63,680 nt of DNA, filler included, from Octopus bimaculoides (GCF_001194135.2; 5 parts of 5 records of this genome joined end to end with filler, not necessarily neighbours in it), one strand, 5' to 3'. Counted from the whole stretch's first letter, positions 24,695 to 38,562 are shown. Made by a program: numbers and translations. Notes: generated from the sequence alone by a model not told the origin.

Positions 24695-24733
<39 letters not shown>

Positions 24734-25479
24734 TATACATGTATATATCATTAAGCAATTGTTCAGTCTAGTTTGTAATCATTAAGAAAATACTACTTAA
24801 AGATCAGAGAATTTGAATGGAATCAAAACAAAAATTTTGAAATTCTTATACATTTATCATGACGACTTAAAAATGGATTTCTGAGTAGACAAAGGAATTT
24901 ACAAGAACGTTATATCCCTTTTATTTCAATATTTCAAGCCAATTGTCTTTAATTTCATATTAAAGAGACATCCATATTTTAATGGAGAATATTCAAAAAT
25001 GTATGTTATTTTTATGAGGGTTTAAGTGGGTGTTTTTTTCAAATATCTGTTTTAATTTTAGGAAAAATGTTTTTATTTACGAGAAATATTTTATGAAAAT
25101 GTCAAATTCTAAAAGGAAACAAGAATTTTTGTTGTAATTTTCCTATTTCCTATTGATTATAATTTCTTCTGCTTGATATTTATTGAGCTGACTTCTATGT
25201 AAAAATTAGAGCTTGAATGCAACTCTCTCTCTCTCTCCTCTCTCTTTCTCCCTCCTCTCTCTCGTTCTCTCTCACACCCGTGTGCGCACACACACATACA
25301 CACACACACACACACACACATACTCAAACATTCATAAACTGATTACAAAAGAACCATCCAATGTTCATTTCAACGTTACACTTATATGTATCTGAAGTAA
25401 AATCTTCTGATTTATAAGTAAACATTTTGCTGATGTTAGTCTTGTATTGTTTGAAGACATTAACCGTTTATCTTCATCC

Positions 25480-25930
25480 TATCAACCTTGGTGTCTACAC
25501 GCATGTTCTGGCCCAGATGAGAGGGTGCATTGTTGTACACCACATCTCTAAACACCACCCAGTCCTCATCTGCTCATTTTGGCTCAACTTGCCATCCAGG
25601 TCTTCGTTGAGGTTCTATTTCATGTTGTACCATTCCAATTTGCTGACATTTCGTTGCTTATTGGCTAGCTTCCCTTGTGGTCACTACCTGCACCAGACGT
25701 GCATATTCAGTTTTGTTAGGATGCATCTGTTATCTGACCAGCATTCTGTGCTACACATGGCCTTTGTCACCCTAACATCCTACATGTCTCATCTCCTGAC
25801 GTACTCAATTAAATGCCAATGTTTGCAGTCCTGGATACATTTTGCCTTCAAAGAAAGACTTCATGATGATGACTTGAACATCTTCGATCAAATGCTCGTT
25901 GGATTAAGTCTGCCTTGGGTTAAATGACAG
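25480..25930 (-). pseudogene. RTE LINE endonuclease C-terminal/linker remnant
   Basis: Frameshifted KHWHLI.YV..DVRVTKAMCSTECWSDNRCILTKL..RPQGK, like BovB/RTE HWHLIDY..DHRL. Confidence 0.75.
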
Positions 25931-26513
25931 CATGAGCAATATTAATATTTTGTGTGTGTGTTTGTCATCATTATCACTTTAAAGTCCTCTTTTTCATGGT
26001 TGCATGGGTCAGATGGAATTTGCTGATACAGATTTTCTATGAACAAATGCCCTTCCTGTCACCTCATCGGTTTTCATGCAAAAAAGATATTTCCCCATGG
26101 CTGGACATATTTTCATAGAAAATTGGAAATGAGTGACACCTTTGTGCGATGGTGACACTCATTTACAAGTACCGCACGATGTAAAGACCAGCAGGCACAA
26201 ACACCTTCATACACACACACATACATGACAAGCTTCTTTCAGTTTCCACCTATCAAATCCTCCACTCACAGGGTTTTGGTCAGTTTGAGGCTATAATAGA
26301 AAACACTTGTCCAAAGTGATTCAACCTGAAATGATGCGGTTCGAAAACAAACTTCTTAAGCACTCAATCATGTCTGCACTTTTGAGTGTGTGCATAAAAT
26401 AACTGAATCACACACAGAAATCTCTCCTGTAGGCTACCTGCTTCAACAAAAGTTCAATTCTATCAACTTCAATAATTATTCTTTAAATGTTCTTTAGTAA
26501 ACGGTTCTCTCAC

Positions 26514-26556
26514 CTATTGAGTTAGATCCATTTAGTGATGTGTGTCCCCTTAAGGA
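26514..26556 (-). CDS. Candidate 43-nt exon (phase 0-1, SLRGHTSLNGSNSI)
   Basis: ttcttctttgtatttaag acceptor, TAG|GTGAGA donor. Confidence 0.25.
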
Positions 26557-27750
26557 CTTAAATACAAAGAAGAATATTCAATACACCTTTATGCAAATTG
26601 ATACAAGCATAGAACATACATGTCTTGTGAATGTGTGTGTGTGTGCTTTAGGCTTCTATATCATTTCTAGCTGCCAAATTTCACCCACAGGCATGGTTCA
26701 ATGGGAGCACTTCTATGGTTTTATCCACTCATAAGAAATTACAACAAAATTTCTATCAAATTACTTCCTACGGTTATTAAAAGGGAGAGACATAGTGTAT
26801 GATGTAGTAACAGATGCAAAATACACAAGGGAAGGACTGAAAGGCTGTGAGTGGAAGACTCAATCAACTGATCTGGGGCTAAACTAATTCTTTCCATTGA
26901 AATAAACATCTGGAAACAGATCTCATAAAGTTATATTTTTTGAAAAAAGAAATAATGGTTGGGGTAGAGATTCTGCAATAATTTTTATGTTATTGATCGG
27001 CTTCAGGTCAACCCTGAGACATTTCATATATAACTTCCTGTTTTTTATTTTATTTTCAAAACATTTTTCAACTGTAGATTTGGTTGCTATTTTTTTTTAG
27101 GTAGAATGACTATATAGAGGCCTCCTTATTATACTTACTGCATTTAAAATTGTTTTCATCATCATCATCATCATCATTTGACATCCATCTTCCATGCTGG
27201 CATGGGTTGAATGGTTTGACAAGAGCTGGCAAGCCAGAGGACTGCACCAAGCTCCACTGCCTGCTTTGGCATGGTTTCTATGGCTGGACGTCTTGTGTAA
27301 CACCAACCACCTTACTACATTTTTGTAGTCCAAACGTTTTTGTAATAATCTTTATAATCATTAATTTAGTTTCTTACAGCTGAGCTTAAAGTCGCTATTA
27401 AGTATATTATATTAAAAATCACCTCTAATTAGGAAAAAAATAACCATACAAGTGCTTATCATGCTAATTGATCTTAGTTACAGTATGATTCAAAACAACA
27501 ACAATATAATCCTTTTTAACTGATATTTGATTCAACACTTTCAAGCAGCAAAAATTATGTTAATACCACAAAATCTGTAAATGCCCATAATTATAATGTA
27601 CATTAGATGTGATTAATGCCATGCTTAATTCCGAGTTTAAATTCTTTAAATCTCATCAAGGATTCTTCTTCATCCTCAACAACTTCCCTTATCTTCAGTA
27701 TCAAATCTGCATGTGCTGAATCTCTAAGTTTTCATCTGCCTTATACATAC

Positions 27751-27793
<43 letters not shown>

Positions 27794-28499
27794 TTTATAT
27801 TTAAGGTATATTCCATTAAGAACGTAGCAGAGTACAAAATAGAGCTTGTTCACCCTTAGAATTGCCAAAGAGCCTGTAGTATTACGATATACTTCCAAGT
27901 CTAGATTAAATTCTTCCACCAATGTCTCATGTTAATTTATACTTCAAACACTAGCTTAATACAGAAAAGTTATTTTACCAAATTCTTTTTTTTTTTTTAT
28001 TAATGAAAGCAATGTATTTTGACAGAAATATGGTTACAAAAGGATTTAATCCAGTAGAAATCTTTTGCTGAATATGCATTTCAAACATTGACACAAGACT
28101 ATAATTTCTGAGGAAATGTACTTTAATTTGTCAACCCCACAACCGCACTCCACTCCATTTCCAGGAAAACTTCATATTGATGGAAATTTTACTGAGCATA
28201 TAGAGGTATTTCATTCAATGCTCTACTGATTCTGCATATCTTAACAGAGATTGATTTCTTTTGTTTTCTGACAATAGCACCAGACTACAAATTTAAGGGT
28301 CAGTTAATTAACTCAAGAATAGTCCTCAAGTAGTCAATTGAAAGTGGAGTTGAATTGACTGCACAAGTGCAGTCATTTAATTCAACCCCAGTCCTGAAGC
28401 AGTAATTATTTTATGAATCTTTGGTAAGAACAAAAGGCAAATTCGACATTCCTTCCACTAGAAGGGTCTGAAATCACTTAAGCAAATGATTTCATTTAA

Positions 28500-28900
28500 T
28501 ACAGGGTGTCCCAGAATTACCTATCCGTTTCAAAATAATTGGTTAAATTTTTTAAAAACTGACAGAATTTAATGCTTATTACTTAATTAGAATACCTAAA
28601 ACAAATAGATTTATAAATCTTGCATCAAAACTTTATTGAGATTTTCAACATGTGCTCCGTTTATATCATTGCAAATTTCACATCTATCCTTAGTGTCGCA
28701 AAATACGTTTTGAAGCACTTCAGGAGTTATCACCTGCACTGTTAGCTGAATACATTCTTTAAGTTGAGCTAAACTATTGCTGCATCCCAGAAATGGAGGT
28801 AGAGAAAAGGATTGCAGCCAAATTGAAAATGAGCTGTCATGGACAGATAAGCAGGAGCCAACAGGAATGAAAATAAAATTATTTTTAAAAATTATAAAAA
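28500..28900 (-). mobile_element. Tc1/mariner-superfamily 3' fragment with TIR
   Basis: TA+CAGGGTGTCCC terminus; LAQLKECIQLTVQVITPEVLQNV..RCEICNDINGAHVENL resembles ITm transposase C-termini. Confidence 0.75.
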
Positions 28901-29401
28901 TTATAAAATTATAAACAAAACATTTTTTTTTAAAACTCACTTTTATTTATGTTATCGTCTAATATGTGTTAAAAGTGTATAAATTTCTGCATGTCATATA
29001 TATGTGCTCCATCACTTCTGACCCAGTGCTACACAACAACATATTGATACACTGGCATAGAGTTCATTAGATTAGAAAGGAAATTCTAGAATGTATTTTA
29101 TCATCTTTTTTGGCATGCAAGTCAAATTTTTCAGACCAAAATTTACAACATAAAATGTAGCAGGACTTGGAAAGAAAGTGATGATGTTTAAATGTTTGAC
29201 CTATAAATTTACACTACATGCTACACCACCTTGTATACTGAAAAATATGCTAGGTTGACTGAGCACTTATTTTTAAAATATCTAAATAACTATGGGATAT
29301 ATTTATTCAAGATATCCAGTTATTAAATGATATGAGAATTCTCATCTTTTGTTACCTATCTCTGAAGAACTACTCCTAACCGCATATGATATTGTTTTCT
29401 G

Positions 29402-29433
<32 letters not shown>

Positions 29434-29514
29434 GTGGATATAGTGACATACTAAAAGAAGTATTGTTTGCCTTTTTTAAGAATGCATAGGTTCCTGAAAG
29501 ATTCTTAGAGTTTT

Positions 29515-30908
29515 CTGTTTTCTTCCAACCATAATTTTTTGTCTGAAAATTTTCAAAAAAATGTACTTTTGATATAGTTTTCTATGCTGATGACAAGTAT
29601 TACATTCATTAGTTTGGAAAATTTATAATAAAGAAGTTAAAAGCATTTAACGTTTCATATTTTTTGGCCAATGAATTTTAAGCCACTGTCCTCACAGTGG
29701 AAGTCAAAACTGTTTGTTGTCATGACAACTTCACTTCATTAAATTATTATTTTCATTTCATGGCTATGTATCCTGGAAATGTTGTAGGAATGTCAAGAGT
29801 CCATGTCCATTAGAAGAGGCTCATGGTTGCAAAGAGGAACTGTTCTACTTTGAAGCTTAATTTAATTTATCTGCTGCTGAGTCAAAGAGTTGACAACAAC
29901 TAAGTTTTCTAAGGATGTAACTGTAGATTATAAAAATTATTTACGGAAGGTCTGCACTGACAATTTGCTCTGCAATCCAGTGAAGATCAGTAGTCCCAAC
30001 AGAATTGTTGAAATAGACAAAGCAGTCTCTTCAAGAAGAAAGCACAATCAGTGTCAAATAATGCAACCCAAACACTGGGTTTTCTGTAGTTTGTATCAGA
30101 AAGCTCTAGAAGTTTTCCTTTTCACCCTACTTTCTTGAGAATGTAACACATTCAAAGATTGTGTTCATCAATCAATTTTGCCAGGAACAACTATTTACAG
30201 TGACCTGTGGCATGTATACTTGCACACTTTTGAGATATTGGGGTACCAATTTTACCATAGAATGGTGGTGAACCACAGCACTGACTTTGTAAACTCGCAA
30301 GGCAGGATTCATAATCAACAAGTAGAAAGCACTTGAGCCTGTCTTAAACAAAGAAATAAACAGCGTTGTGGCGCTCATTGTTCTACAGTAGACTCGTATC
30401 TCATCATTGTTTTCTTTTAATGATAGTCCATGTGTTTTCATTTCATTCCAGCTGTTATTTCTAGTGGTAGGTCAAAAGCAAGACCTGTGAGTTTGACAAT
30501 AATATTATTAATTTAATCGTATATAAATATAATCCTCAAGTAGTTAGAAGAAAACAAAAAAGATGTTAAAAAGAAAAGAAAATATTCACTGTTTCATCAT
30601 TGTTTTCTTTCATTAAATTCATTTTTAAAGAAACCTGGTTTCTTTCTTGTCTGCATTTTCAACAATACTTTGTTGTCATGGCAACCTATTTTTGACTCCC
30701 ACTTGTCAGTACACTGGACTCGTTTCATTGAGTAAAAATATATAATTTTAAATGCTTCATTTTGTTTATTAATAATTTTTCAAAAAAGAAAAAAAAAAAA
30801 ACCAAATGAATGCAATATTCATCATCAGCATGCAAAACTACATCTGTGTGGAAAATTAGAAAACAATCCGTTGAGAATTGAAAAATCTTCAAGTGGTTTG
30901 AAGAAAAC
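29515..30908 (+). mobile_element. Merlin (IS1595/ISXO2-like) DNA transposon, decayed, with ~200-bp degenerate TIRs
   Basis: PNRIVEIDKAVSSRRKHNQ..HWVF; ILPGTTIYSDLW..VNHSTDFVN..HNQQVEST*..NKQRCGAH..DSYL; inverted repeats ~29515-29730 and ~30672-30908. Confidence 0.85.
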
Positions 30909-30934
30909 AAAAAAGATCCAGATTCTCAATTGGC

Positions 30935-30964
30935 ATTAGTTGACAAAGATTTCTAAACTATAGA

Positions 30965-31000
<36 letters not shown>

Positions 31001-31290
31001 TTAACAGTAGTGTTAACAAAATGGCTACATCAGTTTAGTTGACAATGATTTCTTAACTGTAGATATCTCTCCCCTCCTCCTTTCTCCCTCTCTCCTTTCC
31101 CTCTTCTCCCCTCTCTTTCTCATTTAGCAGTGGTGTAAACAAAATGGCTACATTAGTTTGGTTGGCAATAATTTCTAAACTATAGAAAGTCCTTTCCTTC
31201 CTCTAAAAGCTCTCTTTTTCACACACACACACCCTTTTTTTTTGTTTGTTTTAGCAGCCAACAAAATAACTGCATGCATTTGGTTTACTG
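30935..31290. repeat. About three tandem ~100-120-bp units with embedded (CT)n
   Basis: agttgacaa..atttct.aact.tagatatctc..catttagcag..aacaaaatggctaca recurs. Confidence 0.8.
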
Positions 31291-31999
31291 AGTTGTAATA
31301 TATATTCAGAAACATTTCTTCAAGTGTTTGACTTGATGTTTAACCCTGAGGCAGTGTTAGTTGTATACGAGGAGCAATGGTATTGACTGGTCTCACCTTT
31401 CAAATTTTTTGCCCTGTACTTATGTTAGAAACATTTATTAAATACCAAATTCTTTTATCATACACCTATATAACCTAGCCACTGACACTCAATAACATGG
31501 TAACGTATTTCCTGGTATACAAGTCAATGAGGTATGTAATGTAAACACATAATGCAAATATGTTAACATTCAAACATCAACAGTATCATTCTAAATCTTG
31601 TATTTCACATGGAATTTATTGTCCTTCAAAGCCATTTTTGTGTATAAGCCAACCTACTCTTTTGGGCTGTAAATTTTGGTCAGAAAAATTTTACTTGTAT
31701 TCCAGAAAATACAGTATCAAACATCTTGCCAAATAAATATAACACTGAAAAAGATTTCAATACTTACTAGAGGCATACTAAATATAATAAAGTGTATGAA
31801 ATAAACATTATGCATAGAATTCTAATTTCTAAGAATATTGTATTCGAACATTGCCAACAAATAACTCTAGCGATATGAACAAAATCCACAATTTTAGAGA
31901 AAATAACTTTCCTTGAGTAAAGAGTAAAATCAAGTAAAGGGTGAAATATTTATCTGTTGATTTTGTGAAGAAACTAAATTAACATTTGAAACAAAAAAA

Positions 32000-32045
<46 letters not shown>

Positions 32046-34299
32046 ACAAAAATTAACAAACTATTTGTTTGATAAAAATTTTAAATGGTTTTCAAATCAG
32101 ATGGAAATATTGGCACTAGTTTATTGACATGTGTTATTTTGACAGCAAGTATATTTTTTCTTATGTTTATTTGTAATTCTACTTTTAAGATGATTTACAA
32201 GATATAAACATTCATCAAATTAAAAAGTAATAATTTTTATCTTTTTATCACACTTGGATTTTGCAACTCAACATTTCCACATCAACATCAAATCTTTTGC
32301 ATCTATCTACGTAAACAATAAATTGATATTTAAAATTAATTCTTTCATGTATTTGAGGAAAGCTGCATTTTTATTTTTCTCTCTATTGAGTTTTCCTAGT
32401 TCCTTTGGAATTTATAAATTGATAGCTGATACCAATTCTTTAGTTCTTTTAGTTTATTTCACTTAGTTGTAATCATACAGCTAGAGAGATATGAAACACT
32501 AATGTCTTCTGGTTTGCTGCTTTTAGTATCTATGTCTAATAAATATATAATTTGTGAATGTGTACATAAGTACACACGGTTCTTAACAGTTTGCTGAATT
32601 TCTTCGTAGATTCTTTAGTGTTTTGGAAACAGTACAACAAAGAAGGAAAATGAACTTCTTTTTCTAGAGTAGTTAGAATGGGTTGCTTATCAAGTAAATA
32701 ACAGGATCTGAAGTGACAACTGGTGGTCTGTGTTGGCAATTAGAGTGTTAAAGTTCAAAGGTGGAATACAATGGTTTGCCTTGAGGAAGTGGAAACATCT
32801 GTTTTGGGTAGTACCATCATTTGAATGTGATGTTTATCTATTCAGTGCCATTAGAAATCATTGCTCTTTTATGAAGTGTACCACTCATAAATTAAGACTG
32901 TTCTTTCTAACAACAAACCAATTTATTCCACTTTTGAACTGCATCACTAATAGTTAACCCTACGAGGTATAAACTTTGCCGTTATCATTAAAGTTTGCAA
33001 ATGCAAGACAACTACCTACATTCTAGAATGATTGCTACCTGCACATGAATAGATTTGAGTTAGCTGATTCAATCACTCATACATGGCTAAGTTATATTGG
33101 GATTTAAATAAACAAACACATATAGCAGTCTTGCAGACCAAATTACCCAATCTTTGAAACATTCAGTAAATAGTACACTTTGCTTGATATGTTGTAACAA
33201 AAAAATACTGTTAATGAAAAGCAAATAAAGTATACTGAAGTCCATACGAAATACTTTACATAAGAATCTAATTTAACAAACTCATCAGCAAAATCCTGCT
33301 TCTTCGTCTGAGAAATGTTTTTTTCTACAAACTGCACAAATGTTTTCCCATTCAGCTACTTTAGATGTCAAAGCTACCCTTCATTGTAATCAGACTCATA
33401 ATCTAATTCTCCATGAAATAATTCCACCTTTTTTTTTTCACTATTTCTCCTGACAGTTCTACTTCTTCAGTGATATGAAGTTGAAACCATTTTTTATCAG
33501 AACTTTATCTCACTGTTTACATCTTCCATCTTTCAAGATTGTTTTCTTATGCCAATCTTCTTTTTGTTTTTTTTTTGTTGTTATTTTGTTTTTCTTTGCT
33601 TCTTATTCAGCATCAGCAAAGACGTGGAACAACTTTTCTTTTGGTTTCTTTGGAAGAGCCAATGTTGCAAAAGTCATATATTCTTCTTCACAGACACGAT
33701 TCTGTTGACTGTTTATTTTTTCAATTCAACCATATCTTACTTCGACAACATATGGTATATGCGCACGTGTGTGTGTGTGTATGTGTGTAGGTACTTAATT
33801 CCACTTTATTTTATATTTACTGGAGATATATAGTTAACAAAACAAGAACAAGTTACTCTATAATAAAGACATCAGGTTGTTGTTGTTGTTTAACCCCAAG
33901 TGTCTCTTGAGCATAGCAACAAGTTAAGGAATTCCTTCAAACACCAAGCATAAAACCACCCATTTCACCATTCTCTCCCAAATACTTCCTCTTAGTTGAA
34001 GGAGCTTCCCTTTCCTTTCCTTTTTTCCCTGTTCTTTTTCTGTCTTGCAATACCTGCCAGCCTCATTAGTGTCAGTGGCATGTAAAAAGCACCCAGTGCA
34101 CCATGTAAAGTTGGTGTTAGGAAGGGCATCCAACCATAGAAATCATGCCATCATGGAAAGTGAATGTTAAATAATGATGATCACACCACCACCCTGCGTG
34201 CATAGGGAGGAGAGAAAGAAAGAGAGAAAGAGATGGACAAACTGATAAAAGTAAGAGAGAGAGAAAGGCATAGTTGTTTAGAGTTTCTATTTGTTTCGC

Positions 34300-34610
34300 A
34301 AATATATACAATATATTTCGTAATTATAAATGCAAGAGAATGTTTTTTCTTCTTTTCAAAGAACCAGATTACAAAGCATTCTTTGGTCAGTTTATTACTG
34401 ATGTCATCAGTCCTTGAAATATCCAGTTCTAATTTATTGAAAATTTCATGATTGCGAATAAAACGTCCCAGTTTCAAATCTAGGTAAAGACTTGCTACAT
34501 ACTGTTTATCAACACTCTTATTTGTTAGGTATCTTATATATAATGTCAAAGTATGCTTCACAAATTCATTTATTAAATCTTTCATAACACTTTTTCTAAT
34601 GAAATACACT
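34300..34610 (-). pseudogene. Possible decayed CR1/L2-like RT segment
   Basis: DLINEFV..VDKQYVASLYLDLK..NHEIFNKL resembles L.EF..VD.IYLDF.KAFD.V.H..L..KL. Confidence 0.3.
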
Positions 34611-34871
34611 ATCTACGTGTTTCAATTAAATTTGAAAATGGACAAGAACCAAGAACATGGAAGGAATTTATAAATTTACTAACCTTTTAATAATTAAGCT
34701 GGTGTTTGGACCACGTAACTCGACAAAAAGGTTACTGTATAAAATCATGCTGGAAAGTTTTCAGCTAAATATACTCGTTTTAAAATAGATAAGTTTGTAG
34801 CTTTGACTCAGAGGTTGTGTTGGTTCTGTTAGTCTCAAAAAGGCTAACCAATACTACATTTCAATACTTAC

Positions 34872-34898
34872 TAGCTGCTGTTGCAGAATTATTAGTCT
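34872..34898 (-). CDS. Candidate 27-nt microexon
   Basis: ttgttcattttgtcag acceptor, CTA|GTAAGT donor; open as (Q)TNNSATAA or RLIILQQQL. Confidence 0.35.
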
Positions 34899-35454
34899 CT
34901 GACAAAATGAACAAAGTGGGATGCTAAAGTGAGTGGCCCACAACATCTATTTTCATAAAATCAACTAATTTCATCTTTACATAGTAGACATTATATTGTA
35001 TTGGTTATTTTTATTTCATTTCGGTGTGGATAATATTTGTTGTTGTATACTGTGGGGTTTTCTTTTGTTGTTGTTTCTTGTGTGGGGAGGTGTATAATCT
35101 GAGCAAGGACATCTTTTGAAAGTTTGTTTTATAATATATTTTCTTTTTAGGATGAATTAGTTTATTTCATTGTATTTGTGTTTTATAAATGGCAAATTTT
35201 GTGCATTTTACCTCATTTTTTTTGTGTGCGAGCAATTAATGCTACTGTATTTGAGGACCTTATCTTTTAAAAATGGTGTATATATACATGTCTATAAAGT
35301 TAGAATGTCCATTACATGCTACATAAGGAGTTTTTCTAGTTTTAGTTAACTAGTAGCGGTCTGCAGCAGCTGAAGCTGAATTGAGAATAAAACTGTAAAA
35401 GTGTGTCTGGTTGTGCCATGAGAGGTACGACTGCTTTAATATTGCATAACTTAC

Positions 35455-35516
35455 GCATACAAATAATTAAATTTCTGATGATGGAATTATTATACTTCTC
35501 AAGACATTTACTTTCA
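35455..35516 (-). CDS. Candidate 62-nt exon (phase 2-1, ESKCLEKYNNSIIRNLIICM)
   Basis: catttatag acceptor, TGC|GTAAGT donor, open in one frame only. Confidence 0.3.
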
Positions 35517-35616
35517 CTATAAATGTTTAAAGCATTTGTTATCTAAGTGTAAATTAAATGTACCTCTGATATATTATAGAAATATGTCTCTTCACTGAAT
35601 AAGTAATTGGGTAGAA

Positions 35617-35770
35617 TGTGGCTATGTGGTTCAGAAGCTTGCTTCGTGACTACGTGGATTTTGGATTCAGTCCAACAATGCACTACCTTGAGCAGATGTC
35701 TTCGACTATAAGCCTGCGCTGACCAAAGCCTTGTGAGTTGATTTGGTAGATGGAAACTGAAAAGAAGTTT
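35617..35770 (+). mobile_element. tRNA-head SINE copy
   Basis: tggctatgtggt..ggattcagtcc..ccttgagcag..gatttggtagatggaaactgaaagaag. Confidence 0.8.
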
Positions 35771-35772
35771 GT

Positions 35773-35809
<37 letters not shown>

Positions 35810-35899
35810 GTATATACAGGTATAAGTTAGAGGTGTTTAAAGCCTCTAAGGGATAGATATATCCAAAGGCACTTCTGGTAATTACCTCAGTAGGTATAT

Positions 35900-36280
35900 T
35901 CCTTGGTAAAAGGTATACGGCAGCAGGTAACCATAGTCTAATTTATATAGGCAAGAAGAAAATGGAAGAAAATAACAAACAGAAGTGTGTCTTTTGCGCT
36001 AGTAAGTCATTTTATTTCCACAGCAAAGTCACAGGCAAATGGAAGACATGCCACTGAATAACCATGAGACCACAGGTCCACCTATCTTATATTCTTCATC
36101 CCTCTCACAACAGACGTAATGATCTGTGAACCCAACTAAAATGTAAGACACTCAAATCTTTGATCTTCTCTTTTCCGATGTAACCATTGATCTTTCGCTC
36201 TTCTCTCTCTCTCTCTGATGAGGCAAAAATATAAATATATATTTTCCTCACCATGGTAAACAGAAACGATTGTAAGCAAC
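35900..36280 (+). mobile_element. Possible Penelope-like remnant (LIYIGK) with a hammerhead-like terminal motif at 36211-36276
   Basis: IYIG motif; CTGATGA at 36215, GAAAC at 36263, GTA at 36272. Confidence 0.35.
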
Positions 36281-36375
36281 TTCACTCTCACCTTTATTTA
36301 CTAATTAAATAATGGCTAACTAGTGCAAAAGATACACTTCTGTTTGTTATTTTCTTCCTGTCTATATATATATAA

Positions 36376-36540
36376 GCATGGTTGTGTGGTGAGAAGAAGA
36401 AGCTTGCTTCCCAACCACATGGTTCCAGGTTCAGTCCCATTGTGTGGCACCTTGGAAAAGTGTCTTCTACTATAACCTCAGGCCACCTGAAGCCTTGTGA
36501 GTGGATTTGGTAGACAGAAGCTGAAAGAAGCCCATCATGT
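36376..36540 (+). mobile_element. tRNA-head SINE copy
   Basis: A box tggttgtgtgg, B box ggttcagtccc, ccttggaaaagt core-like motif. Confidence 0.85.
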
Positions 36541-37295
36541 ATATGTGTGTGTCTTTCTGTATGTGTTTATCCCCAACCACTGTTTGACAAGTGATGCTGG
36601 CATGTTTATGTCCCTATAACTTAACAGTTCAGCAAAAGATATTGATATTGTCTTGTTTTGTCTGTCAGTTTATAAGATCAAACATCAAAAACTAAAGTTT
36701 GCTCCAAAGCCTTATTCAAATTGCTCACATCCCCAAGTGTATCTCCAAATTATTCACATAATGACAGTTTTGAATTTTAGTAAACTATAGGATAACATTC
36801 TCTTTATCATACTTAATGTGGATATATTGTTGAAAGCCACAGATCTAAGGTATTCATCTCAAGAAAGCATCTCATATAGATGTATAATACTAAAATGTAA
36901 AGAAAAATATAAACAGCAGATGAAAAGTATCTTGCAGCAGTGATAGAATTGCTAAATCTATATTTCTACATCTTTGTACATCATCTGTAGCAAACATCCA
37001 TTATCACCTGCATATGCTTAGACAAGAACCTCTACTGATATAGAAAAACAGAATGCAACAAGTAGCTGGTAGGCTGGGCAAAAATTCATTATTAGTGACA
37101 GAAGCAATATTCGTTCAGATTAGCATACAAAATGTTGTTCTGAACTAACGCTGCTTTCATCACTAATAACAAATTTTTAGATAGTATAGTTAAAAATTTG
37201 TAGTATTTTTTATACTACAGACATATTCTTCCAAAGCTCACAAGGAAAATTCTAAATCAGCATGACAATGTTGTTAAAACTTTTCCTTATTTCAC

Positions 37296-37349
37296 CTGGC
37301 ATTTGTCAGTTCCCATATGGCTAGACAGATATCTTCCATTAATGCAAAA
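37296..37349 (-). CDS. Candidate 54-nt exon (phase 2-2 FALMEDICLAIWELTNA; phase 0 also open)
   Basis: CAG|GTGAAA donor, aaatctacag acceptor (weak tract). Confidence 0.3.
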
Positions 37350-38512
37350 CTGTAGATTTATAGCTTAATTTGTTATGTGTTTTTGTTAAATGTTATTTAA
37401 ATATGTGTAATACAAGTTTTAAAATTTTCTAAAAGGTAACAAATAACTTGTAATATTTAAAAAAGTATGTTTATCTTTGATTGAGAGTAAATATTTCTAA
37501 TTTTTATTGTTTCAAAGACTCCACTCACCAGTGGGAATTACTATTTAACTTTATTGGAGGTGTGAAGAAAAATAACATATTAGTGCTTAAAAAATGTAAA
37601 TTTCTAGATTACAAGAAATAAGTACTGTGTATTGAGAAAAAAAATTATTTTTAAAAAACATTTTTCCCCAAACAGTAAAACATAAATGTAAATTCAGTTC
37701 CTGTAGAGAATTTCAAAAAGAGATACAACAGTAATTCTACATGATATTAGAATATTCCCAGTACACATTTAACAATGACTTAAAAATTGTTTATATTGTT
37801 TCTTAAAAGATTCACATGGGAAATGGCCAACTACAAGATATTATACAAGATTTATTTTACAGTTAATCCCTGGACATTGTCAACATATGTTACAAATATT
37901 ACATAGAGAAAAAAAATTATTTATTTAACAAGAAATCATTTGAGATATGTGTATGGTGTGAAATACTAAAGATATTTTCCTTCATAAAACTGCTAAAAAT
38001 TATTTGAATTGCATTCCAAATAAAAGTACACTTTCTATGTGAATTTCAATCTGAAATTGAATAATTGAAGCACACAGTGAAGAAAAAATAAATTAAGAAA
38101 TGCAGATTCTCTACTTGTATAATATAAATTAAACATGAAAAAGAGAGGGAGAGCTTACAATTTGAATGATGTATACAATGTATTATTTGGTTTCAAATGT
38201 AATTTATAGTAATATGGTACGTTGTATGTCTCAGTAGAAATGAATATTAAAATCTTTAAAATGTACATAATTTTATGTACATTAAAATTTCAAAACTTAA
38301 TTTTTTTTCATTTTATTATTAATGTTTTTTTAAATGATAAAAATTATTCTGATTTATATCAGGATGGAATATTTGTTATTCTAGAATATAATAATGAGAT
38401 GACTAAAGAGGGGACTGAACATCGCGAGTGTTATCATATATGAACAGCGAAATTTGTGTATATATGTGTGTGTACAAACACATATATACAACAAATATAT
38501 AAAGTATATATT

Positions 38513-38562
<50 letters not shown>

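Noticed and set aside
29890-30441. Bacterial IS1595 contamination
   Set aside because: Decayed, AT-rich and embedded among host microsatellites; fits eukaryotic Merlin
35951-36001. 51-nt exon-like segment (KKKMEENNKQKCVFCA) with AG/GTAAGT
   Set aside because: It lies inside a reading frame continuous with an IYIG motif in a probable PLE remnant; cryptic sites are more likely
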